Positions 24,458 through 38,275 of a DNA stretch of 64,000 bases are shown here, piece by piece; position 1 is the stretch's first letter; the number at the start of each line of letters is the position of its first letter. The notes under the pieces were generated by a model. That model worked only from the letters and a program-made list of their open reading frames with translations. It did no database searches and was not told the origin of the DNA. The position numbers and the translations under genes were made by a program. The stretch is from Malacoraja senta (lineage: Eukaryota), in NCBI GenBank assembly GCA_038087875.1, contig CM075989.1:2356001-2420000 (forward strand). Direction: 5' to 3'.

Positions 24458-25864
24458 TAGCAGGAAATAATGGGCAGGAGATGGTGGGAGAAATGTGTGT
24501 GCATCAGAGTGGGTAGAGGCTGGGGAATGAGGGGGGTCAGGGGCGAGGGCCACATTGGGCCCAGATCGGAGCCGTGAGATGGGAGTGAGGTCAAGGTGGA
24601 TGGGCCACAACACTGAGAACTTAGGGGGACCCAGCGGGGAGTGGGGGGGGGGGGGGGGGTAGACGAAGAAGGCATGAGTACTGTACCTTTTGTAAGAACA
24701 GGCCTACTGCAGTATGAACCATTTTACATTTCCTTTCTCATCGTCTGCTTTGATCTGTCAATTTCACACCTTACATTCTCTTTGCATTCTTCCATATTCA
24801 GTTTAGTTTATTGTCACATGTACCGAGGTACAGTGAAAAGCTTTTGTTGCATGCTGTCCAGTCAGGGAAAAGACAATACATGATTACAATCGAGCCATTT
24901 ACAGTATAAGATACATGATAAGGATATAACGTTTAGTGCAAGGCAAAGCCAGCAAAGACCCATCAAGGATAGCCCAAGGGTCAACAATGAGGTAGATAGT
25001 AGTTCAGGACTGCTTGTGGGAGGATGATTCAGTTGCTGGAATAACAACTGGGAAGATACTTTCCCTGAATCTGGAGGTGTGTTTTCACACTTGACTGACA
25101 AGAGTTGGCTGATAAACAGCTGTCTCCAGTTTCCCTCTCCCCGAATTCTCAGTCAGAAGATGCGTCTCGACCTGAAATGTCACCCAGTCCTTCTGGAGCT
25201 TTGTGAAGAAACACTGAGCCAAGAGCCTTGATCCGTGTCACCTAAGAGGTGACCCTGACAGTGCAGTACTTGCTCAATACTTCATGGGGGTCAGCTGGGC
25301 TTTTGTCCTTCAGTCTCTGGAGAACGTTGAACTCAGAACCTTCTGATTCAGAAGCGAGAGTTCCACAGTTGGAAATCTATATACTTAGGATGCAAATTGA
25401 AATCGCCCGACGGCTACCTTTATTTCATAAACTCTTGGTTTGAATTCTCTTGTTAGTAACAGCTTGAATAAAGCTGGAAAATATTCTATTCATGTTCTTC
25501 CAAATGCACCCAAGACGACCAATGATTAAAACAATTCTTACTTGGATCTCCAAATGAATCACCATTTATTATTAACGGCAATTTCAAGTCTTCAATCCTT
25601 CAGTCTGAAGAATGGTCCCGACCTGAAACGTCACCTGTCCACTCATTGTGTAAGCACTGAGTTCTTCCAGTACTTTGTGTTTTATTCCAGATTCCAGCAT
25701 TTACTGTTCCTTGTGTCTCCATTGAAGATCACATATTATTAATACAATCTCTACCTGTCTCATGACCACAATCACACAGGACAGTTTCCCACAAGGTTGG
25801 CTTCTGGGTTTAGCTATTGTTGACTCCTCAAGATATTTGTCCAAAGCATTTGTCCAGAACACCC

Positions 25865-26410
25865 TTGTCTCCCGGTTGCCAAACACATTAACTACCCTTC
25901 CCATTCCCACACTGACCTTTCTGTCCTGGGCCTCTTCCATTGTTAGAGTGAAGCCAAACGCAAATTGGAGGAACAGCACCTCATATTTCACTTGGGCAGC
26001 TTACAACCCAATGGTATGAGTTGGATTTTTCTAACTTCAAGTAACTCTTGCATCCCCTCTCTCTATGTCCCTTGCACACCCTAGTCGTCCTGCTAGTTTT
26101 ACTGCCGTCCGGTTGATGTTCACTGTCTGTTCAACTTGTTATCACCTAGCCCACGCCCAACAATGGACCATTGTGGGCTTCACCTTTCCTTGATCAGCAT
26201 TACTTTTTTACATATCTTTAATTCATTTGTTCCAGATCTCTCTCTACATCAATGTCTGTATCTCTTGGTTACCTTTCTCCAGACACTCAGTCTGAAGAAG
26301 GGTCTCGACCCGAAACATCACCTATTCCTTTTCACCAGAGATGCTGCTTGACCTGTTGAGTTACTCCATCTTTTTGTGTCTATCTATAGTTTAAACCAGC
26401 ATCTACAGTC
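25865..26410 (+). mobile_element. Penelope-like 3' fragment with pLTR
   Basis: Collinear with 2060-2542; hammerhead-like motif at 26292. Confidence 0.85.
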
Positions 26411-26659
26411 CTTGCTCCCTTATTCCAACCTCCACTGTTCCTTTGCTATTGAGATCTTTGTTCTATGTGGTGGAGAGGTTCGGTATGATTAGATGATGAA
26501 TCAAGAACATGCCAATGACTGTATGGATAAGAATGACAAAATGGTCTGTAGATGAGGATAAGGCAGCAAAAGTCAATTTGAAGCATGTTTAGTTGGTTCA
26601 GTAGGACCTTGTGAGAAGAAGGGATACATGTGTACTCAACCAGTTGTGAACTCAATAAA

Positions 26660-27251
26660 CAACAGCGCCTCTACTTCCTGAGAAGATTACGGAGAGTCGG
26701 TTTGTCAAGAAGGACTCTCTCGAACTTCTACAGGTGCACAGTAGAGAGCATGCTGACCAGTTGCATCGTGGCTTGATACGGCAACCTGAGCGTCCAGGAA
26801 CAGAAAAGGCTGCAAAAAGTCTTAACCACCGCCCAGTCCATCATCGGTTCTGACCTCCCTACCATCGAGGGGATCTATTACAGTCGCTGCCTCAAAAAGG
26901 CTGCCAACATCATCAAGGACCCACACCATCCTGGACACACACACTCATCTCTCCGCTGCCATCAGGTAGAAGGTACAGGAGCCTGAAATCTGCAACATCC
27001 AGGTTCAGGAACAGCTACTTCCCCACAGCCATCAGGCTATTAAACACAACTTCAAACAAACCCTGAACTATAACAGCCTATTGCACTTTATCTGTTTATT
27101 TATGTGTGTATATATATATATATTCTATAGTATATGGACACACTGATCTGATCTGTATTTACGACTACTATATTCTGTTGTGCTGAAGCAAAGCAAGAAT
27201 GTCATTGTCCTACCTGGGACACATGACAATAAACTCTCTTGACTTGACTTG
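26660..27251 (+). mobile_element. Rex1/Babar LINE 3' fragment
   Basis: QQRLYFLRRLRR...SLLPSGRRYRSLK...RFRNSYFPTAIRLLN; hairpin and (CTTGA)n tail. Confidence 0.9.
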
Positions 27252-28331
27252 AAAGATGTAGATGGAGAGGAGAACACTGGAAATACAAATTGGGTGTTGG
27301 CAGTGGTTGGCAGTGAAATAGTGGAAACAATGTAGAGGGGTGGAAAGGTATTGCCACTATAAGGAACAGTCGTAATCTCAGAATTAAAGGACGTTTCTTT
27401 AGGAAGAAGAGGAGGAGGAATTTATTCAGTCAGGTGGTGGTGAATCCATGGAATTCCTTGCCGCAGAAGGCTGTGGAGGCCACGTCAACGGATACTTTAA
27501 AGGCAGAAATAGATACATTTTTTATTAATACGGGTGGCAGTGGTTATGGGGAGAAGGCAGGAGAATGAGGTTTGGAGGGAGAGATAGATCAGCCATGATT
27601 AAATGGCGGAGTAGACTTGATGGGCCAAATAGCCTAATTCTGCTCATATCACATGACCTTATGACCTTATGAAACTTGATTGTGCAATATGTAGCATAAA
27701 TTACAGTCCGAAATTCTCAAGGTACGTTACTCAGGGTGGCCCAATGGGAGAGTTGCCGTTTCCCAGTGTCAGACACCCAGGTTCGATCCTTCTTACGGGT
27801 GCTGTCTGTACGGAGTGTGTACGTTCTCCCTGTGACCGCGTGGGCTCTGGTTTCCTGCCATATTCCAAAGATGTGCAGGTTTGTAAAAAAATTAGTTTCG
27901 TTTATTGACACGTGTACCGAGGTACAGTGATTAGCTTTTGTCGCGTGCTAACCAGTCAGCGGCAAGACAGCACGTGAATCATGTAATCGAGCCATTACTA
28001 TGTACAGGTACATGATAAGGGAATAACATTTAGTGCAAGGTAAAGCCAGTAAAGTCCAATCAAGATAGACCGAGGGTCACCAATGAGGTAGATAGTAGTT
28101 CAGGACCGCTTTCTAGTTGTGGTGGGATGATTCAACTGCCTGATAACAGCTGGGAAGAAACGGTCCCTGAATCTGTAGGTGTGCGTTTTCACACTTCTGT
28201 ACTTTGTCGTGCAGGATAGTGTTAGTGTTTAGTTGCAGGCTCGATGGGCCGAAGGGCCCGTTTTCGCTCTGTATCTCTAAAGTCTCAGGAAAACTCCATA
28301 CTTACCCAGATCTGGTTGGTTCTCTTGTGTT

Positions 28332-28642
28332 TGTTTAGTATAGTTTAGTTTAGAGATACAGCGCGGAAACAGGCCCTTCGGCCCACCGGGTCCGCACCGA
28401 CCAGCGATCCCCGCACATTAACACTATCCTACACACACTCGGGACAATTTACATTTATACCAAGCCAATTAACCTACAAACCTCTACGTCTTTGGAGTGT
28501 GGGAGGAAACCGAAGATCTCGGAGAAAACCCACGGGGTCACGGTGAGAAGGTAGAGACAGCACCCATAGTCGGGATCGAACCTGGGACTCTGCCACTGTT
28601 AGCGCTGTAAGGCAGCAACTCTACCGCTGTGCCACCGTGCCG
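28332..28642 (-). mobile_element. Near full-length SINE
   Basis: Reverse complement of 17436-17785. Confidence 0.9.
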
Positions 28643-30123
28643 CCGGCAATGTACGCACGGCATGGTTTGGCCGATGATAGAAATTAATTTGCAGTGATTC
28701 ATTTTGGTTTCAAAAGACCACCAGTTAGAATGCATCTCACTCCTCTGAGCGGGCAAGGGCTCCCTTGTGCATCAGTGTGCTTGGGATCAGTTTCATGTTT
28801 TAATAATGAATCTCTGCCGACAATGACAGCTGTGGTACAACAGGCACCGCTGTAAACAGTCAGATTCACGGCTGACCGACCAACAATCGTCGTCAAGCAG
28901 TTAACACATCCGTCCCTTGCTGTCCATCGCATGAGCTGTGACACTTTCATACTTCCTCTGCTATTGTGCAGCCTGATATTACATCCCTGGAACATTGTTC
29001 CACATAAGTAAATGATTGATTTTTCAATTAGAAACACAACCAGAAGACACGTGCTGCCACACTTTCTGAGCATGTTCTTTTGTGGCTGGCAATCACACAG
29101 ATAGGGCCCCTTAGGAACGAAGGCTATCACAAACCTCTGATACGCCGCAATTAAACAAAATGACCTCTTCAGGGCACGAATGCAGCAAGATTCACAAACG
29201 TGATCTGAAGCATTCTGTCCACAGCAGATATGAGGTTATTTTTCTGTTAAATCATCTCACCCTCTTTTTGCAAGAATCTCTCTTTCCTGTTGTTTGCTGG
29301 CATCCTAGTTCAAGGATGTTTTATTGAAACACGTTTCTAGGCTCTGATGCGGGATGTAAAACCTGTGATTATCATAGAAACACAGAAACATAGACAATAG
29401 GTGCAGGAGTAGACCATTCGGCCCTTCGAGCCAGCACCGCCATTCAATATGATCATGGCTGATCATCCACAATCAGTACCCCGTTCCTGCTTTCTCCCCA
29501 TATCCCTTGATTCCGTCAGCTCTAAGAGCTATATCTAACTGAAGCTCAACCTGTTGCCTGAAGCCGGCTCAGTCCCTCGTCACTGGGCTGTCATGAATGC
29601 TGAATGATTATTGCAGTCTCTATTTGATGTGGAGTGTTCACAGCAGCACCAACCTAATGGAGTCCATGATGAAGAGCCATGCAAGTTTAAAGCTATTCTC
29701 CTGGAATGGTCAGTGTTGCCATCAATTCACAGTGGCCATGAACATTCTTGTCCTTGACACTGGTGCAGGTTAACGACAGCCCATGAAGGGGTGGCTACTG
29801 TTGCACTTGTCCTTGGTCTTTGCTGGTAACAAACTGGCCCAATAATCTAGGCAGTACTCAAACTGTCAATTGGTGAATGGGACACAAAAGGCTGGAGTAA
29901 CTCAGTGGGACAGGCAGCATCTCCGGAGAGAAGGAATGGGTGACGTTTTGGGTCAAGACCCTTCTTCAGACCGGAAATGTCACCCATTTCTTCGCTCCAG
30001 AGGTGCTGCCTGTACCGCTGAGTTACTCCAGCATTGTGTGTCTATCTTCGGTGTAAACCAGCATCTGCAGTTCCTTCCTACATATTGGTAAATGGGTATT
30101 GCAGTCAATGCTGGGAAGATTAA

Positions 30124-30367
30124 AGGGCCTGCCCCACTTGGGCGTTATTTACGCGACATCATTTACACGTCACGACACACGATGCAACATCAGTTAAGCG
30201 TCACGCGCGCGTCGTGAAGTGCAAGATGTGCACATGGTGCGTTATGAGACGTGGTGACGTAGGCAGTGACGCACAGTCGCTCGCGGCGCCCCAGGATTTT
30301 GGGATTCACTAAATCTTCGTGCGCCACCTGGGTGAGGCGCAAATAATGCCCAAGTGAGACAGGCCCT
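30124..30367. mobile_element. PIF/Harbinger-type MITE, family B (244 bp, CpG-rich)
   Basis: TIRs AGGGCCTGCCCCACTTGGGC...GCCCAAGTGAGACAGGCCCT, TAA on both sides. Confidence 0.85.
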
Positions 30368-32126
30368 TAAAGCACCCTATCCAAATGAGATTTGCAACAC
30401 TAAATGGGTATTTGTTATTACTGACACTCAAGCCAAATTCTCTCACGTTGACATTGTGATAACGTTGGCACAATCTTGTGTGCAAGATCCCTGGTTATAA
30501 AACTATTCTATATTCCCTGGTCTTGCCTCATATACACCAGCCAAGTACCTCAGTTAGATGGGCACAGGTGTGGCCAGGTCCACCATCAGGGTTTGAACGG
30601 TTTCTGAGGTAAAGTCCCTGTTGTCAACTTGTATTATATTTGGCTTAGACGTACGTTATGATGCATCGTGGGTATTACTGGTTCATGGGCAGTCTGCAAC
30701 GAGCTATGTTTAACCTCCCTGTGTATAGAGCAGGTTGCACCCTCTGCAATGGGGCTTGGTTAGAGGTTGAGAACGTACATAGCCTACCCTGGTGATGAGG
30801 CTAGGTGGGTGAGGAATCACTGCCATCAAAACCAACAAAGCCCTCAAGCAGATCAAATGATTGCATGAGTCTGAGAAGCTCATTAATCCTGACAAGTCTG
30901 ATCTGCAATCTCAAGCATGAAGGAAAAGCAAAGAGGCACCTGCAGAAATTGTTGCAGATAAAAAGACAAGCATGCTAAGTGAAAGACTATACAAACTGAC
31001 ACAGCCGTCTCAGGCCTCCGGTACCACGATTCTCAATTATTATGACGGAGTGTTGGAACTTTCTTTTTCCTCAACAGATGGAGATCATTTTATGCTGAGG
31101 AGTGCGTTAAGGGTGATGGTGAAGACGCTCAGAATGCAAAAATGTGAAAGCAATCCTGCTTGTAGAGATAGGGTTGGATGCTTATGCGATATTGGCATAT
31201 TTACTGACCGAGATGTTGATGTCCCATTTAACAAAGCAATAGAAAGGCTACATAACCACTTCAACACAGCACCTTTTTGAGATGGTGGAATGAAACCCTT
31301 ATTCAGGAGTCAGATGAGCATTTAGCTCGGTGATTGCCAAGTTGCAACCTTGGTGCCACATATATGATTGACATGGTGTGAGATCAGTTTGTATGTGGAC
31401 ACCAATCCCTCGACATCAGCAAGATGAAGGAGCTTGTCATTAGCTTCAGGAAGCGAGGTGAAGTGCGTACCCTGGTCAGCATCAATGGTATCAAAGTGGA
31501 GATGATTGAGAGTTTCTCTCAGTGAGTAGTCAGGGTGTCATAGGTAATGGGGTGAATGAAGGCAGGAGAATGAGGTTGAGAGGGAAAAATAGATCAGCCG
31601 TGATTGAATGGTGGAGTAGGCTTGATAGGCCTAATTCTGCTCCCAGAACTTATGAATATGGGTTTCAAGAGAATCACAAACTCCACATTGAAACACCGGT
31701 CAAGAAATCATACCAATGCCTCTACTTCCTCAAAGTCTAAGGAAGTTTGGCATGTCGCCAATGTGTCTTTCCAACTTCTACAGATGCACTGTTGGCCCTT
31801 CTTGTCTATCTTGGCTGAGAATGTATTGGAAAAATTATCTCTTGTGAATACATACCAACCATGTTTAAAAGGGTATCTGGAACGGTTAGAAGACACGTTT
31901 AAGGATGCATGCATGAGTAATAAAACACGTTCCCATATATATTAAAACAAATGCAAATGTCATCAATTGGGAATGAAGACTAATGTCAGATATATTAAAT
32001 ATTTGTGCAAAAGAGTAAAACAAAGAGGAACACAGAGTGAACGAGGCAGCAAGTGATTGAACCCCAGACATTGAGGTGGTAGCTTAGGCAGAGATAACTT
32101 TGCAATGACTGTAAGGTATTCTTTGG

Positions 32127-32398
32127 AAGGGGTAGGATGGGGACCCATAGTCCCGTTTATATCAACGGGTCGATGGTGGAGAGGGTCAAGAGCTTCAAAT
32201 TCCTGGGCGTGCATATCTCTGAAGATCTCTCCTGGTCCAGGAACACTGATGCAATTATATAGTAAGCACATCATCGCATCTACTTCCTGAGAAGATTACG
32301 GAGAGTCGGTTTGTCAAGGAGGACACTCTCTAAAGCAAGAATTTCATTGTCCTATCTGGGACACATGACAATAAACTCTTTTGAATCTTGAATCTTGA
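32127..32398 (+). mobile_element. Rex1/Babar fragment, internally deleted
   Basis: VERVKSFKFLGVHISEDLSW region fused directly to the 3' hairpin and (TCTTGAA)n tail. Confidence 0.85.
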
Positions 32399-33187
32399 AG
32401 GTAAGCCAACTAATCTACTGGCAGTAATTCATGTTATATTACCTTGGCCGAACCGCTTTTGTTTTCTCTGAATTGTCAGAAATTGAGGGGAGATCTGATA
32501 GAAATGTATAAAATCATGAAAGGCATTGATAGGGTAGAAATGCAGACCATTTTCCCCAGGGTGGAAATGCCAAGGACTGGAAGGTATAACTTTAAGTGGA
32601 GAGGGGAAGAGATGAAAGGAAATGTCCAGGGCAGGATTTTTTTTACATTGTTGGATTCCTGGAATGTGCTGTCGGGGGTGGTGGTGTAGGCAGTTACGTT
32701 AGTGGCATTTAAGAGGCTTTTAGATACGTTTGTGGATATTGAGTGAATGGAGAGTTATGGAGCATGTGCATGCAGAAGAAATTAGTTAAAGTCAGCATTA
32801 TGTTCGCCACTGACATTTGGGGTCAAAGAGCCTATCCTCATGTTGCACAGTTCTGAATGTCCTCTATAATTTTAGCTTCACTGTATCCAACTTAATGTAA
32901 ATAAAGGAAGCTAATACTACCTGGTAATTAATAGCGAGAAGGAGTTCCTTGTCCAAGTCCTTATCCAAAGTTTCAATATCTGGTAAAATCATCACTAAAT
33001 CTACTCCAGATGACAAAAGCTGCCAAAGGCCCAACGTTGTTTGAACAATCAAGATAGCATCTGAGCAGTGATTGCAGTGGAGGGGCAAACTCTGTAGTTA
33101 CAAGCTCTGTAGTAAGAAGGAACTGCAGATGCTGCTTTAAACCAAAGATGGACACAAAGTGCTGGGGTAACTCACGGTGCTGGGGGT

Positions 33188-33498
33188 GGCTACGGTGGCG
33201 CAGCGGTAGAGTTGCTGCCTTACAGCGCTTGCAGTGCTGGTGACCCGGGTTCGATCCTGACTACGGGTGCTGTCTGTACGGAGTTTGTGCGTTCTCCCCA
33301 TGACCACGTGGGTTTTCTCCGAGATCTTTGGTTTCCTCCCACACTCCAGGTTTGTAGGTTAATTGAGTTGGTATTTGTGTAAATTGTCCCTAGTGTGTGT
33401 AGGATAATGTGCAGGTATCGCTGCTCGACATGGACTCAGTGGGCCAAAGGGCCTGCTTCCATGCTATATCTCTAAACTAAAACTAAACTAAACTAAAC
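33188..33498 (+). mobile_element. Full-length SINE inserted into a Penelope pLTR (33113-33566)
   Basis: pLTR ...GTAACTCA resumes as AACTCAGTGGGTCAGGC after the SINE tail. Confidence 0.85.
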
Positions 33499-33800
33499 TC
33501 AGTGGGTCAGGCTGCATCTCTGGAGAACATGCATAGGTGATGTTTTGGGTGGGGACCCTTCTTCAAGCTCTCTAGCAGTTTCTAATTTAGCATTCCCATT
33601 GGCATAGAAATCACTGCTAATTCCCTCATGTTAACACCTTGGAATGAGTTCAGACTTCAGTGACTTAACATAAAGCTTTGAAAAACCATATGTGCCAGTT
33701 AAAGAGAAAACTGAAGTCATGATCAGCTAAAAATAGAAACATTTGTAAGCTGATTTTTTAAAATATAGAGTTCTAAGGATTTTCATGTGAGGACTGAAGA

Positions 33801-33841
33801 ATGTTTCAAACATCTTTGCAAAGACCATTTAATCCCCAAAG
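33801..33841 (+). CDS. Candidate exon end (MFQTSLQRPFNPQ; an alternative frame is also open)
   Basis: Strong donor AAAG|GTAAGG; phase 2 is compatible with 36950. Confidence 0.25.
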
Positions 33842-35056
33842 GTAAGGGAAAGAAGAATAAAATGGAAATTCTTCCTGAAATGAATCCCACAATATTTTCA
33901 GGAAGGGACAACTGGTAATACTGCTGATGAAAATCAAGATAAGATTTCATTCGGTCCAGGAGTGGATGATACAACATCTACATAACCTGCAAGTTCACCA
34001 CAAGCTGCAGTAATGTCACCCTCACAACAATGATCGCCGGGATTGCAAATCTGGGACTGGGTTAAATTGTTAAAGCTTGTACGCTTATTAAAAATAGGAA
34101 TGAGGTGCAGCATGCATGTGCCATTGTGTTAGGCAGATTATGTCATTGTTCTCTCAGTAAACTGCACACACCTCACTGGAGCTGCTTGTGGCTCGTGGGT
34201 AACAGCAAGAACACTCTACACTGGGCTTCAATGGAGATTGAGAGATCACGGAGTAAATATAGTGATATAGAGATATAGAAGATATCTCCATGTGGAGAAA
34301 TGGACATATGGAAATATGTTCAGAATTTCATGTTGTAGGAGCGGAATTAGGCCATTTGGCCCATCAAGTCTACTCTGCCATTCAATCATGGCTGATCTAT
34401 CTTTCCCTCTCAACCCCACTCTCCTGCCTTCTCCCCATAGCAAGAATTTCATTGTCCTATCTGGGACACATGACAATAAACTCTCTTGACTCTTGACTTG
34501 ACTAACCCCTGACATTTTTACTCATCAAGAACCTATTAATCTCCAATTTAAAAATAGCCATTGACTTGGCCACCACAGGCTTCTGTGGCAATGAATTCCA
34601 TAGATTCACCACCCTCTGACTAAACAGTATAGAAGTATGGAGGTCAAATGTAAGGGAAAATAGACAATTAATGACATGGAATGAAAGGGAAGATATACAA
34701 TTATTGGCATGACCTGTAACAGCATTGATAACATGAGCATTCTTGTGGTCCAAGTACTCAACTCCTTGAAAGTAGCAACACATGTGGTATCATCTTCAGT
34801 GCAGTCATTGTGGGCCGAAGGGCCTTTTCTTCTGCTGTACTGTTCTGTGTTCTAAAGGTCCAACAAAAAACTTGGTCGATCCATTCTCTCTACAGTTCCT
34901 GCCTGAAGCCGCTAAGTTCCTCCAGCACATTGTGTTTTGTTCATTGAGTAAACATGCCTCATAAATGAGTGTATAGTCTGGCCAGCCAACACTATCCAAA
35001 CACCACACGGCCCAACCGTGGGATGTGTTTGGTTGGTTGTATTTACTGTAAGACAG

Positions 35057-35368
35057 GGCGGTACGATGGTGCAGCGGTGGAGTTGCTGGATTACAGCGCC
35101 AGAGACCTGGGTTTAATCCTGACTATGAGTGCTGTCTGTACGGAGTTTTTACATTCTCTCCATGACCTGTGTGGGTTTTCTCCAGGAACTCCGGTTTCCT
35201 CCCACACTCCAAAAGACTTAGAGGCCTGTAGGCTAATTAGCTTGGTAAAATTGTGAATTGTCCCAACAGATAGTGTAGATAGTGTTAGTGTGCATGGATC
35301 ACTGGTCTGCGTGGACTCGGGGGGCCGAAGGGCCTGTTTCTGTGCTGGATCTCTAAACTAAACTAAAC
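35057..35368 (+). mobile_element. Full-length SINE
   Basis: Head, body and tail match other copies. Confidence 0.85.
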
Positions 35369-36354
35369 ATTCAGGATCAGCTTAGGTCAGGCTGGCTTAT
35401 ATGTGCCTGTCTCAATACTTCATCCAACTCAAGAAGAATAACTATGTATGACCACACATACCTACTGCTCTTGTTCAATTGCAATGTATGTGTAGAATAG
35501 TGCCTAGTATTTTTCTGATTACATTTTATCATGTTTGCTTCATTGTTAGCTTCCCCTAACTAACAATGATCTATTCTACATTTTCCTTGAGCTTCATCCT
35601 CTTTGATGTCTCGTTTTCACAATTTACCCTTCCATATCTTCTGTGTCTCTTTCTACCCTGACTCTCAGTCTGAAGAAGGGTCTCAACCCAAAACGTTACC
35701 CTTTTCTTCTATCCAGAGATGCTGCCTGACCTGCTGAGTTACTCCAGCATTTTGTGTCTATCATCAGTGTAAACCAGCATCTGCAGTTCCTTTATACACC
35801 TTCTGATTTGACCGCTTTTATAAACATGTATGCACCTCATTTTGGGATAGATAAACCATCACAAGTGCTTGGGCTCGAGTACGGTTAGGATTAGATGGAC
35901 CTGGATGTGCTTAAATCAGGTTGTAATGTTATGTCTGAATGGACCTTTCAGCTGCAATCACAAGGTGTGCGATGTTGACATGCTGTGGATGATACGTTAG
36001 GTTTTCATTACAGCCACTCTTTCCAATTACAGCAATTAGAAGTTTTACAAAACATATTATGAATATTAACCTACAGTATTTAAGAAATCCATTTTAGTTT
36101 CACATATTTGTTTCACTAAAAAAAACTTCCTAAATTTATTTTTAACCAGCTTGAAATGGCCGCCACCAGTTATTACTCAAGTTATTACAGATTTCCAGTG
36201 GTAGTTGAGGCAGTCACTTGGACAGGTACAGGGAGAGGAAAGGTTTAGAGTGATATCAGCCAAATGCCGGTAAATAACATTAACTTGGATGAGACATCTT
36301 GGTCGGCATTGAAGATTTGGGCCGAATGGCCTGGTTCTGTGTTGAATGACTTTT

Positions 36355-36628
36355 ATTTAGAGATGCAGCGTGGTAACAGGCCCTTCAGCCCACCGAGTCT
36401 GCACCGACTAGCGATCCCCATACATTAACACTATCCTACACTAGGGTCAATTTTTTTAACATTCATACCAAGCCAATTAACCTACAAACCTGTACGTCTT
36501 TGGAGGTGTTGGAGGAAACCAAAGTTCTCGGAGAAAACCCACGCAGGTCACGGTGAGAACGTACAAACTCCGTACAGACAGCATCCTGGAGCTGTAAGGC
36601 AGCAACTCTACCGCTGCGCCACCGTGCC
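36355..36628 (-). mobile_element. SINE (B-box region deleted)
   Basis: Reverse-complement match to other copies. Confidence 0.85.
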
Positions 36629-36949
36629 CACCCTTGTGACTTGCAGCGTCTCTTTCAAATCTATTTCCAGGTAACTCATTTTAAATCAGGAAAACCTGAA
36701 TTTCTTCAATCTTTCCTCCATTTACAGACCTGTGGGACTTGGAGTAAGCCTGGCAGCTTTCCTAAATAAGGGTAAAAATCTATTTCTCATTGAGCTTTCC
36801 CCTACAGAATACCTTTAATTTCAGGCTTGAACTTGTGTGCCACGCTTCAGTGACTGGGATTGAATGTAATAAAGTGGAATCATGAATTTGTGCGACCTGT
36901 GTCCCAGTTTTGGGCGATATTTCAACATTTTATTGGTTTTGTTGCTCAG

Positions 36950-37034
36950 GTATATTAAGAAACAGGCCTGTGATGAACATGGAGCTTTTTTTCTTGGTCA
37001 TAACGATGAAAAATTCCGTCTGCTGAACACCGAG
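36950..37034 (+). CDS. Candidate internal exon (R)YIKKQACDEHGAFFLGHNDEKFRLLNTE, unidentified
   Basis: Acceptor TTTTATTGGTTTTGTTGCTCAG|, donor GAG|GTGACG, 85 nt, protein-like composition. Confidence 0.45.
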
Positions 37035-37464
37035 GTGACGATTTCTGCTCTCTGAAGAATTTCTGCTTACCGTAGCAATGGGGCTTGGAGTAGATGATGT
37101 TAAGGTGACAGGGACGTGGCTATTTGGCACAGTTGCAAATTGCAGGATTCAGCACAGCAATTTGAAGCCAGCCCAAGCTAACTATGAACATCAGATCTAC
37201 AATTCAGTCAGCCTCATTATCGCTTTCAGTCTGTTAAACAAACAATGTGTCTTTCATACAGATGTGATGTATTGTTGTAGATATTACTGTTTCCCCTGGG
37301 GTTGTGGAACTGCACAGAATTATGCAGACGTGAAATATCACCAGCAACTTCTCCATTGATGCTGTGTTCCAAACCCAACATGGTGAAGTCTCTCAGAGGT
37401 GTAATTCCTGGCCCCACTGTGTAGTCCCATGGAAGTTCAGTCATTTGCTCAGGAAACCACAGAT

Positions 37465-38275
37465 AATAGACAATAGACAATAGGCGCAGGAGTAGGCCAT
37501 TCGGCCCTTTGAACCAGCACCGCCATTCAATGTGATCATGGCTGATCATCCCCAATCAGTACCCCGTTCCTGCCTTCTCCCCATATCCCCTGACTCCGCT
37601 ATCTTTAAGAGCCCTATCTAGCTCTCTCTTGAAAGTATCCAGAGAACCAGCCTCCACTGCCCTCTAAGGCAGAGAAGATCACAAACTCACAACTCTCTGT
37701 GAGAAAATGTGTTTCCTCGGGAGAAAGCAGGAACGGGGTACTGATTGGGGGTGATCAGCCATGATCACATAGAATGGCGGTGCTGGCTCGAAGGACCGAA
37801 TGGCCTACTCCTGCACCTATTGTCTATTGTCTATTATTGTCTATTATTGTCTATTGTCTATTGTCTCCGTTCTAAATGGCTAACCACATATTTTTAAACT
37901 ATTGTCCCTGGTTCTGGACTCCCCCAACATCGGGAACATGTTTCCTACCTCTAGCGTGTCCAAACCCTTAATAATCTTACATGTCTCAATAAGATCCCCT
38001 CTCATCCTTCTAAACTCCAGAGTATACAAGCCCAGCCGCTCCATTCTCTCAGCATATGACAGTCCCGCCATCCCGGGAATTAACCTTGTAAACCTACGCT
38101 GCACTCCCTCAATAGCAAGAATGTCCTTCCTCAAATTAGGGGACAAAAATGCACACAATACTCCAGGTGTGGTCTCACTAGGCCCTATACTACTGCAGAA
38201 GGACCTCTTTACTCCTATACTCAACTTCTCGAGTTATAGAGGCCCACATGCCATTCACTTTCTTCACTGCCTGCT
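37465..38275 (-). mobile_element. CR1 LINE 3' fragment with (ATTGTCT)n tail and a nested plus-strand CR1 tail (37720-37862)
   Basis: ORF 37880..38224 SPNLRKDILAIEGVQRRFTRLIPGM. Confidence 0.92.

Noticed and set aside
28699..29130. 143-aa minus-strand ORF as a gene
   Set aside because: No recognisable domain and non-protein-like composition; only the donor at 28741 is kept as a speculative exon end.
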